Source of the DNA: Paragordius varius
Lineage: Eukaryota; Animalia; Nematomorpha
Reading direction: 5' to 3'
Assembly: GCA_964247055.1 (NCBI GenBank)
Contig: OZ176054.1
Location: 4,960,001-5,024,000 of the forward strand
Length of the DNA stretch: 64,000 bases
A program made the translations under genes and the position numbers. The notes beneath the pieces were generated by a model. The model made no database searches, was not told where the DNA came from, and was given only the letters and a program-made list of their open reading frames with translations. Below, piece after piece: positions 1 to 12,470 of the stretch (its first letter is position 1; each line of letters starts with the position of its first letter).

Positions 1-3000
1 TCTTAATGTTGTTGTAATTGAATCTATTATTGATTTCCACATGGTAGGTGGTATTACATGATGGCCAAAACAAAAAAATTTGAGAGACATCTGAATCGTT
101 AGGTCTACTTGTGAAGCGCATTCTCTGCAGTTGCTTGTTAAAATTTATCCTACTGCAAACATCTTAATATTAAAATATAAAGGCACCATACCTTTGACAT
201 CATCTTCGAAATATAACATATTAAAATTATGCCTGCTACTACATTTATTTGGCTGTTCACTAAGAGCGTATATATCCTCCCCTACATTTGGGGAATATTT
301 TCGGGCTAAATCTGTTAAAGCGATGCTAGAAACGCTTTCGTGTTCAGTAATGTTAAATTTGTCTACTGATACTTTAGTTTTATTTGAGTAGTTAAATGAA
401 TTGTCTTTATTCAAACGTATAATTATTGTGAATGCGCGTATTCCCAAATCATACACCACATACAAAATACCATTCAAATCAGATTTCCTTATTTCAATTT
501 CTTTGATCTAACAAAATAGAAATTCAATATTTATAGCTTTTATTGTTACTGTATACGGCGCTTAAACTTATGATATATATATAAATATATGTTAATCTTA
601 CATTTGTCCATGTCTTTGTATGATTTTGTGTTACATATTTCACTTGAATATTAGTATCTGGAATCATTTGCCAAGAAATATTTACACCTTGACACTGGTT
701 ATTTTCAGTTATTTCTTTCATCTTAAGCATATTATTTTGATAGGCATGGAAGGTTCCTTTAGATATACAAATTTAAATTAAATTCCCCCTTTAACCCTTT
801 GATTCCACTCTTTAACTTTTAACATTTTAAATTCCCCCTTTTTAACACTTCTAATACACCTGTCAACAAATTCTGATAAAATATTATTTTTACATTAGTT
901 TACCATTTTATGTGTTTTTCTAGATTACAAATACTAAATTAACTTTTTTAAATATAGCGTATCATGATGTATGCACTTTTACAATTTTTAATATACCATT
1001 TACATTTTGAATTCACCCTAAAAATAAATTATATGTTTTGGGGCTTATACTCATTATTAATATAATATATCTTTATGGCATAGATTATTATTTTAATAAT
1101 ATTCTAATTTTGAACAAAATATCATTTTCTAAAAATAAAAAAATATAGGTAATTTTTAATCCTGAAAAACATAATTCATTTTAGGGGGAATTCGAATCGT
1201 TCGAGGGTGATTTTGATTTGTTCGAGGGTGAATTTGAATTGTTCAATGGTCAATTTGGATGTAAATAATATATGGCCCGCTACTATATATATCATATTAG
1301 TTTGTGTTAAAAGCTCTTACAATGACCCAAAAAATAATTGAAAGAAAAATTAATTATCGGTTAATTATTTATTTATACTATAAAATAAAAATAATAATTT
1401 GTGAATTGCGAAAAAAGTGAACGTTCCAGCAAAAAAGGGTGAGCGAATATTAAGCTATTATTTGGTACTGTAAATTCCAGGCATTTAAAATACCTATTTT
1501 ACATAATTAAACTATTTAGAATGGAAGAGATTAAAGTTAATAAATCATGCCTATATTTTTCTTCAAATAAAATCAAAAGACAAATACATTTCTTTATTTT
1601 TAGTAGGGTGTATTTAAATGTTTCAAGGTGAATGCAAAATTGGATTGTTTAATGTGAATTTTAAGGGATTAAATTCAAAATTTTAAAATAAGCGTTTAAA
1701 ATTCGAACGTTAAAAAATTTGTTCCGAATCGATATAAATTTAGCTAATCAACAATTTTATAAGTAATACCTAATCTATTTTTTTTCGAAAAAATTCCAGC
1801 TTGTTCGATCCCCACATCATACACTGTGTTCATTTGTAAATCAATAAAGGCTACGTTTCCTTGCCACTACATGTCAATATAATTAATCATATTATAACAT
1901 AAATTATCAGTAATTGCATTTAGCTAAATAATTTTTTTGTGAAAGCAAATTACTTGATTCCAAATAAATGAATATAAAAAGAAAAACAATATTTTTAAAA
2001 ATATATGAACTTCAGCCGTGGGCTTAAAACTCATATATTTGGACCTGTCTAAAATGGCCAATTCACTTAACCTAAAAATGATTAAATAATGCCGGTATTG
2101 CCGGATAAAATATAATTAATGCCAAATTTCTCCAATAAAATATTATTTAAAAATAGACATTTTGCTTGAAAATTTAATTTTTAGAAAAATTTTGGTAAAG
2201 GGACTTATTTTAAAACATGGTGAAAACGGTATCAAAAAACTATAAAATGATATATAAACGCTTTTTTGATAGAATTAGATGATGCAAACATTTTAATGCC
2301 TCAAAATTATAATCTTAAGCAATAACGCTCAAACCCAGGTTCGTTTGATTCGGTTATATTTTTATGTAAAAATAATTTATAAAATAAATTTGAAGACGTA
2401 AGAATATATCGAAATTCTGAGGGAATGAATGTTCAGCAACAGCGAGTTATATATAACGAGTGTTTTTATAATATTTTAAGGGGTTTTACCGTTTTCATCA
2501 TGTCTCAAAATAGTATGGAGTACATTTCATCAAAATTTTGTTAAAATTAAATTTTGAAACATGGTAATTCTTCCAAAAATATATTTTTTGATGTTATAAT
2601 TTTGCATTTTATCGTTTCTCGGCATTTTTGCGTTTAATATAAGATAAGACCCACTTAAGTAGGGCAGAAAATTTAAGACCTTAGGAGCACACAACTAATA
2701 TCTCATATGACTCGTAAGGCTTAAATTCAACAGTTAGTAATCCTAATACATTTATCTTTAGAAATATATATAATTTATCAGGATATTTATTAGATATGTT
2801 ATGTTTTTAAATATTAGTCTGGAGTTAAAGTTTTGCATAACCAAGGTTGAAGAATATTTACTATGCGGGATTTATCTGAAAGCAGCATATATTTTATATA
2901 AGATGTCCTACAATAAAAATATGCCTGAATTTAGATTTTTGACAGATTACATTTTAATTTTAAATGCTAGGAAAATATTTTTGAACTTTAGTCTAACAGA

Positions 3001-6000
3001 TTATGGTTTATTTGGTGCTATTTTTGGAGGTGTCGGCAAGTTTAAACAAAATATAGAGATGGTTTTTACCAAATACAAAAAAAACGCTACATAGGCACAC
3101 ATTATGTCAAATTTTTGGATTTAAAAAAAATATTTATAATGTTAATTAATTAAAAACAAAACAAGTGGATTTTATTATAATTTTTATGCATGCTATTATT
3201 TATATTCTTAATTTTTTGATAAGCAGCCGTCATTAAAATTAAAGTAAAAACCAAGGTTTTTTTGGTGAAAATTCGAAATAAGTTTTAAATTAAGTTGAGA
3301 ATTGGTTTTACTAAAAACTTAAATCGCTTCTAGAAATTTGCGACATTTGAAGAAACTAGGATTTTCATCGAAATTTCTATCCGTTGAATATAATAAAATT
3401 ATAGAATCTGATGCAAGACCCTTGAGTTTTCAATTCAAAAAATTTTCAAAAATGACAATTTATTTTTGATGTTCAGTATCAAATTAGATAGGAAACTCAC
3501 GTGTTTAATATTCAGACTATTTAATACAACTTTGGTGGGCAAAGTTGAGGTTTTTCGAAACTTTAGATAAGTGCTCGATTTTACGAATTAGTTTTCAAAA
3601 ATTGATTATCACTTCTTGACCTTTTCGAGTATGTTTACACAGGGCCAAAATATTTTTAAAATATTTATAGCATTGGGCCAAATTTAAAAATATGCTTTAG
3701 GCACATGAGACAAAAAAAATTTTTAAATTAAAATTGTAAAAGTTTTCAAACTTTTTCGCCGCCATTTTTTTCTTTAATTTATAGATCGTGAATACTTTGA
3801 CTCCCAATTTAGTTCCATTTTTTTTTGCATGAAGCCAAATGTGATACCCAATTCCTAAATACATTTTTAACTTCTTTGCTATTTTATAATATACTTAACG
3901 CAATGTACCGTTTTCCTTAACCACTTCTAAACGGGCTTTCATAAGCCTTATATATTTTTGAATAACGTTAAGATCAAAAGATAAAATCACCTCGTAAACT
4001 GAAGTGTCGTATGTGGCTCCGTATTCTAGTTTCATGCTTTTAACAGTTAAATTAGGTTTGGTGTAGGAAGGTTCCGCGTTCAAAATAATTAGGGCTCGAT
4101 CATTTATTAATTCGAAAGTTTGTAACATGGTATTTTCTGCTCACATAAACAGATATTTAAATAGTAAAATTTTTTAGAAACATATTCTTTATACTAAACA
4201 ACCCAAATATAGGCTAAACATTTTTAATAGTTTACCATATAATCGTTCAAACGTTTGAACGATGTTTTTATCTATATCAACAATTTGGACCTGAATTCTG
4301 AACGTACCAACATATGGAAATCGAAATGTCACATTATCTGAATATATCTATGTAAAATATATATATATATATATAATTCTCTTTTGTCGCTTTTATATTT
4401 AGGGGATTAAGACTTAAATCTTTGGATCAGGACTCTTGAAGCTTTAACACTTGCTTGTCCAGGGCCAGTAATGATAAATTTTAGCATAATTCACATAAGG
4501 TAAATATCCGGCGCCTTACTTACTATACCCACCTTTTTATAATTAAAAATACAAACTATACTTTAAAGGGTATTTAACTGAATTCGCTAGAAACTAAAAA
4601 GAGAATCAAACCTCATCGAACATGATGATAGAATTCGTTTCATCCCTAATAGTCCATATACAGTATTCTAAATAGCCCGCTCGACAGATTAATGTTTTGA
4701 GATTTGGATTATCAATATCATAGACAACGCATATGCTTTGATTGACTAAAAATAAACAAGATATAGTTAATACATTTGCCTAGATACTAAACTTTTGCGC
4801 AGGCTTAGAAAAACATAAATTATAATGTTAGTTAAACTACATCTTTAATGTATTATTATATAGCATTATATATAATATGTATAAACTTCAACAATACTTT
4901 ACCATTGATATTCGTGTATGTGAGAATATTTCCTTTCTCCGCAAAATGGAATTCAACGGGTTTGGTTAGAACTTTGGTTTCAGTATTTGATTCCTATAAA
5001 TTAAAATAATTATAATTAGTCATAACCAATTATAATTGATACTATATGGATAAACAAAAATGCGACATTGTCTAGTCGTATGGAGAAAAACTAAATTAAC
5101 TTTAAAGGGTCAAAATTACATTTTTTTGTTTACCAGTCTAAGATGCCCGAATTTAAATGGATAAATATATAATATAAAATTTTACCATCGTTGTGGTTAT
5201 TATCGGCTTTTCACCAAAAACGTGTTGTGTAAGGGTAAACCCGTCTTTCCATGTAATTGGATGTGGAAACTACATTAAAACGGTAAGCCACACATTGGGT
5301 GAAAATATATTTATTATTAATCAATATAGTAAAATATGAATTTTACCGTAAAATGAATGTCGGTCGATGAATTATTTCCACTCATTTTTATGTCTAATTG
5401 AGGTTTATGGGCTAAGTAAATTAATATACTTTGTTAAAACAATCGTTTCCAATCTCGAAAAATCGATGAACATGCTATTATAACCAGAGTTAGGTCTGAC
5501 AGGATAAAATGCACTTCGTAACTGTGACTACTTACAAAACAGTCAAAATTATTGATAATGTATGTATTAAGTAGATTCTAAAAAATTGAGGATTTTAACT
5601 TTTAATCAATTTTTATATATGATTAAAAGCGAATCGATGATTTCTATTTTCAACAACACGTTCCTTATAAATGCATTTATAAGCTATGTTGCGGGCAAAA
5701 TATTATATTTATAAATATAAGTAGCTTCTTTAATAGCAAAAAATATTTTTTGCCGATTTAAATTTCGATAACCCAAATATTTATGTTATAAATTTAATAT
5801 GAAATTTTATAGACAAAGCATATATATTATATATATGCTAACTATATTTACATCATTATTTTGAGGGGATTTCTTAAACATGAAAATGGAAATAATTATA
5901 ATAAAGACTGTTATCAATTCGTATTTAGATAAATAAAAATGACGGCTTTTAAAGCTAGTATTATGTCATTTTTTTCAATATACAATAAGTGAAATTTTAC

Positions 6001-6512
6001 TGTAATGCATTTCATCGATGATAATCATTTTGGTATATTTTAAGCCAACTTGAATTTGGTATGTCATCCCACTCGTTAAGTTGACAAGCACATCCGGCGA
6101 ATATGCCTAGTTTATAAATTATGTCAAATATATCTTTATCAAAAAAACGCGCAAAAAAAGCCGACATAGGCTTTTGCTGGCAAAATAAATGAAAAAACGT
6201 TTTATTGACACAAATCGTATTTATATAAAAACTCACAAATTAAAGCCCATATTGAAATTTTTGATTTTACGATCAAAATCACCACTGAAGTGAAATATTA
6301 GGCTTTTTAATAGTAATGAATTTGTTATAAAAATACCATAAAAACTTGGCTCGTGTTATGCAGCAAATTTCTAACCGTAACAATGTATAGTCGCTGACTT
6401 GGCATATTTTTAAATTTCTCGTCCTCGTAAGACTTTACGCGGACGTAGGTATCATGGTTTTTTTGGTGTATAATGGTTATGGGTGTTTTAAGTGCAGTAG
6501 TTTTATCCACAT
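1..6512 (-). CDS. Multi-exon PKD/REJ-like (polycystin-1-like ectodomain) gene, copy A, partial (runs off the window start; 5' end uncertain)
   Basis: AG/GT-bounded exons: 6337-6512 (VDKTTALKTP..SQVFM), 5347-5411, 5186-5269 (FPHPITWKDG..), 4903-4993 (ESNTETK..), 4612-4745 (VNQSICVVYD..CIWTIRDETNSIIMFDE), 4236-4347 (IYSDNVTFRFPYVGTFRIQVQIVD..), 3991-4136 (ENTML..IILNAEPSY..), 1770-1866 (WQGNVAFIDLQMNTVYDVGI..), 602-756 (..QCQGVNISWQMIP..), 507 downward (IKEIEIRKSDLNGILYVV..; donor unresolved) and 149 to <1 (INFNKQ..LFWPSCN..). The five exons from 5269 to 3991 join in phase with no stop. Differences versus copy B are mainly synonymous, conservative or 3-nt indels. Coding status is well supported; the REJ identity is motif-based inference. 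Confidence 0.7.
780..1265. mobile_element. Old degenerate foldback-like MITE with ~21-bp subrepeats at both ends (also in copies B and C)
   Basis: Three ~21-bp units gttcgagggtgaatttgaatt at 1199-1260 and inverted degenerate units (aaattccccct..) at ~780-860. Termini not resolved. Confidence 0.35.
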
Positions 6513-7032
6513 CTAAAAAATTTAGCCATTAACACACAAGATAATTTGTTTATTATTATGTTTTACCTCCAGAGCCGGGCGTCCCGCTAGCGGAAAACTG
6601 TAGTTAAAAAGAGTCATTTTAAAATACATTACATCATTAAATATAGACAAATTTAATTTAGTAAGGAGAAATTACATTATAATCTGAATCATCAACCAAT
6701 TTCACTGTTGAAAATATAGCACCAAGAAGGCTTGCCGATAGAAAAGTTATAAACATAATATTGAGCTCGTAAGAAATCATTTTATTATACAAAAAAATTG
6801 TTAAAATAAAATAAAAAATTGATCAGACTTTATATGGGTTATAATATTATTGTTAAAATCGATTAAACATATATTTATTAACAAAACTGATGCAATAAAA
6901 ATGGGCTGCTACGATATAACCTTTACAATTTGATACATATACGCATTTAGGCCAGTATTTCTTGAAACTCAAACATATATTATCAAAATTATATTAAGCT
7001 AATTTAATTCTCAATAATAATATTGTTATTAT

Positions 7033-7190
7033 ACAGGTAAGCTAGGTATAAATTATTCCAGACAAGGTGTTGTTTGTATAACAATTGTTTTTATCTATAA
7101 TATTAAAAAATTAAATTACAGGTAAGCTAGCTACAAATTTTTCCAGACAAGGTGTTGTTTGTATAACAATTGTTTTTACATATAATATAA
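7033..7190. repeat. Tandem duplication, 85-bp period, two copies
   Basis: acaggtaagctag..ccagacaaggtgttgtttgtataacaattgttttta starts at 7033 and 7118. Also present in copy C at ~54544-54705. Confidence 0.85.
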
Positions 7191-8419
7191 AAAAATAACT
7201 TATTATTAAAGAAAATTTATACTATAGGGTAAAAAATATTTCCAACATACATTGATTGATAGCTAAATTATCTCAAAAAAATACGTAAATTAATTTCCGG
7301 TATCGTGTAAATGTAATGTATTACGCCCATACATGTTATTTGAATAAGTATCTCATAGTTTTATATTATTGAGTTATTATTAAAGGTAATTACAATACAT
7401 ATAAAAATTCGCCAGATATATTTTCAAGACTTTTGATAAATAATAAACATTCGTATGTTAATTTAATTGGATTGTGATTACCAATGGTAATTTTCTGATT
7501 ATAAGTCGAATTAAAATAAAATTCAAACCAACTCACAGCCGAAATCGAATCTTTAGAAATTTATAACCAATTATTTCACTTGTTTCTTGGTGCTATTTTA
7601 CTTCGATCCTTTGATTAACTGTCTTTTATTGTTTTATGTATGCATATGTCAATTTTTGTTGCGAGTTTCTGGATTGAGAGGTCATATCCTTTTCTATTTT
7701 ATTATTATATAATCTATTGCCCTTAAATTTTTCTACACAAGTTAACCACCTCTTTGTTTTTATAAGATGTATTTCACAACAAACAATTTATTAGTTGCAA
7801 TCGCTGACACCTTAGTTCCTTTCTCAGTGTTTTCCCATTATCGTGTCAATCCTAATCTTTTCCAAACTATTTATAAACTTACAGAAATCAAAAGTTATTA
7901 ATCTGGGAGTTGATTGAAAAAAGCCTTTTCCGGATTAGAGTGTTTTGGTGTCAACTTTTCTCTATTATTATAAGGATTCGCTCTCGCCTTAATTCAGGAC
8001 TTGTCATACATATACAGCTTTTAGTTTAGGAAACTCATTTCTAATATAGTGATTTTAAGTAGTTTGATTTTTTATTGTCTCTGTACGTGTCTCTTTCCTC
8101 GTTTCATCTATGTTCCAATTAACAGTTTTTTAAAATTAGAAAAAAAATGGTCATATTGATATTCTAAAACAACTACATCAGGGCTATGTTTAACCATAAT
8201 TATGGTGATTTTTGCCAAAGATTTTTTCAAATAAATGATAACCAACAAAAAAATGTTTTATATATAACATGTTTTTTATCCCGACTGCCATGTGCGGCCG
8301 AAATTGAACAAGTTTGATATTAAAATTCAGGATAAATCATTTATAAGCAAAAATTTCTATTTTATAAAAAAAGATCTTCAATATTTTAAATAATTGAATT
8401 ATTGGTTACATTGCATAAT

Positions 8420-8670
8420 TTGCACTTGGAACCGGTTCAAAAAAAAGTGGAACCGAGACCGGGTCGGTTCCGGAACAAGTAGAACCGGAACCGCGTTGGT
8501 TCTTAAGAATTTAAAAATGGAACCGGGCGGTTCCCAAAATATTGGAACCGTGGTGGTTCATAAGGAAATGGAACCGGAACCGCCTTGGTTCCTTAAAAAT
8601 TTAGCGGTTCCGGAACCGGTTTCTTACATTTAGAACCGGTTTCATTTTCGGTTTCATTTTCGGTTCCAGT
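8420..8670. mobile_element. Partial hAT-type MITE with GGAACC/GGTTCC subrepeats (copy C equivalent ~55939-56172)
   Basis: Dense ggaaccg/cggttcc motifs. Copy C keeps the terminus CAGGGCTTGGAACC at 55939, matching the RC of the ends at 30124 and 46270. Confidence 0.6.
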
Positions 8671-10082
8671 TACTAAAATGATTTAAAAATTACTATTATA
8701 ATAATACAACCAAAATTAAATCAAACGTGAAAGAAATATGGTTAAGCATACATCACAAACATGTTAATCCCATATTTAACGTGTTGCCCCATATCGTACA
8801 ATCTCAAAATATGCGTAAATCATGCTAAATAAAGGCGAGATAAGGCTTTGTCCTAAAAAATATTAATAAAATTTTTTAAAAGCAAAACAATATTTTAATA
8901 TTTTAATTTCTTATTACGGATCGGACGCGTCTAAAATGAGCAGGTGTATAAGCTCAACGCAAATAATCCGATATTTTGTAATGAAATTATATATTGTGAC
9001 ACATACAAAAAATCAATATTTTGCTCTAAAATTTAATTTATGCGAAAATTTTTGTCAAGCGAATTTAAGGTATTTTGAGCACGGTGGAAATGGTAAAAAA
9101 ACTTAGGGATATAAAAATACTTATTATCTTCCATCACCTAAGATTTATTCAAAAATGTATTTAACTTGAAACTTCAAACGATTTGTTAAAAACAGAATAT
9201 GTACTGAACTTAAATATGTCGACAAACAAAATTCTAACAATTTGTCCGTGATATTGGGGTAGTTTATATCCCAGAGTTCAATCTTATGAATAAACTGCTG
9301 TTTAAAAGGTTAATATGGTTAAAATTTAATTATTAAACTTTGTTTACTTTTATCAGATAAAAACACAGTTTTGTAACTTCTAGAGTCTATTAGCTCCAAA
9401 TCACTAATCAAATAAACAGCTGATATCAATAAATATCAAGATTTTTTTGATTGAATGACTTGATAGCTGACTAAAGTTAATTTCTAATCATGATATACAT
9501 TAATTTGCCTATAGAAAAAAATGGCGGCTGAAACGTTTGACATGAGGATTTTTTATTTTAGATTTGTTAAAAAAATATATATGAAGCATGCGCCTTCAAT
9601 TTTAAATTTGGTCAATTTAGATACTTTAAAAAAAATCAAAACGCTTTACGATATAATACCAAAATGTGACGAAGTGGTAATCAAAAATCTGAGAATATAA
9701 AAATATTTAACATCATTGAATTATAAAAAGTGTTTATCTAATATCTTAGTGTCATTTGTATCCTCCTTCACCGTTAAAACTCGCTTTAACAAATTTTAAT
9801 AAATTTATTTAAGAAATATTCAATTTACCCGATAAAACTTTTTTTGATGGCAAAATCTAGCATGTAAAAATATTATTCACAAAATCTCGGCATTTTTGCG
9901 TTATTAAGTAACTGGCCCAATATATGGGGCAAAATTTTAAGACTTTCGGAGTCATTTAAAAATTGCGCTTTCTCATTAGTATATCATAAATTTTAATATT
10001 CTGAATAAAGGATATGGCTTTTATCAAAAAAAATTAACAAACACAAATCTGCGCAATTTTGCCATTTTATATGAGTAACAAC

Positions 10083-10598
10083 TAGGGTTGTGCATTTGAC
10101 TGCTTTTCAAAAAAGTCCGGTCAGACCCGGTCAGACCATGGTCATGATCATGACCACTTTACCTAAGTAAATACCATTCGATATTGGATTATGAATTACT
10201 TCTGAAATTTTAAATACCTCGCTTTTAATACTGGATATTCAAATAAAATTTTTCCTGTTTCTTTTACACTTTCTTTGATCATTGAAATATCCAATTATAA
10301 AATATTTTTTCATTTTATAGGTTCACATATATGCAATAATTGAATATTTTATATAAAGTTGGATTGTTCTCTGTTTCGAAATAACTGGATATGCTTAAAT
10401 GCTAATGTTTTAAGGATGCATGTTTAGCATTTTAAATTTATAAATAAGCAAATTTAAATATTTATATATATATTAAATAACTTACTATTTTTCTTCCAAA
10501 AAAAAACTACCAGCAATTTTTCAAAAAACAGCTGAAATGACCATGGTCAAAAAATAAATAGTCACTGACCTGGTCATGACTTGGTCAGCACAACCCTA
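10083..10598. mobile_element. Non-autonomous hAT MITE (TAGGGTTGTGC TIR), 516 bp
   Basis: Perfect 11-bp TIR, perfect 8-bp TSD gtaacaac (10075-10082, 10599-10606), subterminal TGACC/GGTCA repeats. Confidence 0.9.
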
Positions 10599-12470
10599 GT
10601 AACAACCATAAAAGTGGTAATAACTTCTCATATCACTCGCACCCAAATGCAAGCATGAGAATCCTGATTTATTATCAGATTGTATATTTCAGGATTAGTA
10701 GGCACATTTTTTACGGGATTTTTTATTATAGGTGACTAATTTAGGTACCAATATTATAGATTAGAGAAAAGCGATACAATAATATTTTATTTTTGGGGTT
10801 ATTGAGCTTAAAACAAATTTCTTAATTTTTTCTATGGGTCGAAAAATATTAACTTCACACTGAGCATATCACCCGTTGAAATGTTAAGCATACTTTTTCC
10901 TTAAAAAATGTTTAAAGTGCGTCTACTGAAATTTAACAAAAAGCCTCTAAAGTATATTACACTAAGTATCCTGTATAAAATTATAAATACTCTTTTATTA
11001 CATAATTTATCGGCTCCACATTATCACTTTTAGGCCTTTAAAATTTTCCATTCCTTTTGACGTTAGATTTAAAGTTGAATTTGAATGCGAAAGCTTTATA
11101 TTAATTAGATGGCAATCCTTTGGTTGTAGCTTACTAACTAATCAATTCGTCAAACTTTTTAGTCGATTTTTACGCAAAAAAAGTTTATGGCAACATAAAT
11201 TATTTGTCTTATTGTTAAATATTTTAAGATGGGATTACCATACCCATTGAGGGGGGGCTTCCTGATATTCATCAAATGTAGTATTTAAATTTAAAAAAAA
11301 ATATTTTTTCAAAACACTAATTTATTAAATGCTGATTTTTTGTGGAATGATTACACATATATTTCCAATTATGTTTTCCGGCATGTTTATTTGCTAAACT
11401 TTTGATTTTCGGGATCTAAACATTCACAACTTTCTAATTTTAGGTCATTTTGGCTTTTAATCCTCCCATTATATAGATACGTTTATCTACACGCATTTTA
11501 AAATTATATAGGAAAATCACATATATCATAAAATTTAAAGCAAAAATAAAATCAAACCCAAAAACACACAACCAAAACGTAAACGTGGAATTTTCAAGGA
11601 TGTTATAAGCTCCCATGTTCTAGTAGCTTGATTTAAATATTCAATAGAGTTTAAACTAAGAATTTTTTTGTCATTGACCGCAGCACCCCCAATGACATAT
11701 AATTTACCATTGACACTAATCATTGCGTGATAGGAGCGTGCAATAAGTAGTTTGGGCCTATGAAACCATCTGTATTATAATAATTTATTGTATGGATTAA
11801 ATTTTATATAAAAATGGAAACGCATCATAATTTTTTTATGTATATTAACCACTTCTCCCATGATTCCCTTTCATATTGGGCTTTTTAAAATTAAAAGCAT
11901 TATAAAAAAATTGGTTCTTATACTAACTCTTCATTTTCTAGATATTTTTTTGAGTGATCGAAGTTGAACCTATATTTCCAAAAAGCTGAGTATATTGGAA
12001 ATGGGTCAAAAACAAATAAATTAATCAGAATATTTTTATTCCACATATCTAATTATATAGGCAGTTAAAATAATTAAAAATTAATTTTTTTAAGGGTGAT
12101 GACACGTATATTCAATAATGCATCTTTCCATAAACGGGGATGTAAATAATGAAGACACAAACTCTTGATAATTCTACCCAAATAGAGCAACTAGATTAAA
12201 CTTTTCAACTATATTTTATTCATTAGTTATTAATAACGAAATAATCAAGGAACGTCTTAATATTTATCCTTTATACAAAATATATATGATGATAAAATGT
12301 ATGATTTTAAAAATAGTTGCAATGTATACAGTTTCAGTCTCATTCACTTATTCTAGCATGAATGTGCAATAAGATTTTCTTTGTAAATTAAGTCAAAAAG
12401 TTTCTTATTATCAAAAAAATAACGTTATTTTTACGAATCAACTACCGCAACAATTCATAAGACTTTAGAA

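Noticed and set aside
1-147. Read-through frame AVG*ILTSNCREC..MSLKFFCFGHH (ORF 46193-46384)
   Set aside because: A/B substitutions are silent only in the alternative INFNKQ.. frame, which follows an AG acceptor.
2200-3860. ORFs 2801-3094, 34287-34511 and 34526-34723 as a gene
   Set aside because: They lie in a decayed intronic repeat with internal inverted segments. Frames are not conserved among A, B and C.
4612-4745. CUB domain (CIWTI motif)
   Set aside because: The in-phase next exon gives VTFRFPYVGTFRIQVQIVD, which fits a PKD/Ig-like strand pattern. The CUB second Cys pair was not seen.
8394-8633. ORFs 8394-8633 and 29549-29806 (MEPG/MEPE-type peptides)
   Set aside because: Products of GGAACC MITE subrepeats.
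6512-11558. Kelch-REJ fusion gene
   Set aside because: A sixth kelch exon with its own stop was found at 11486-11325.
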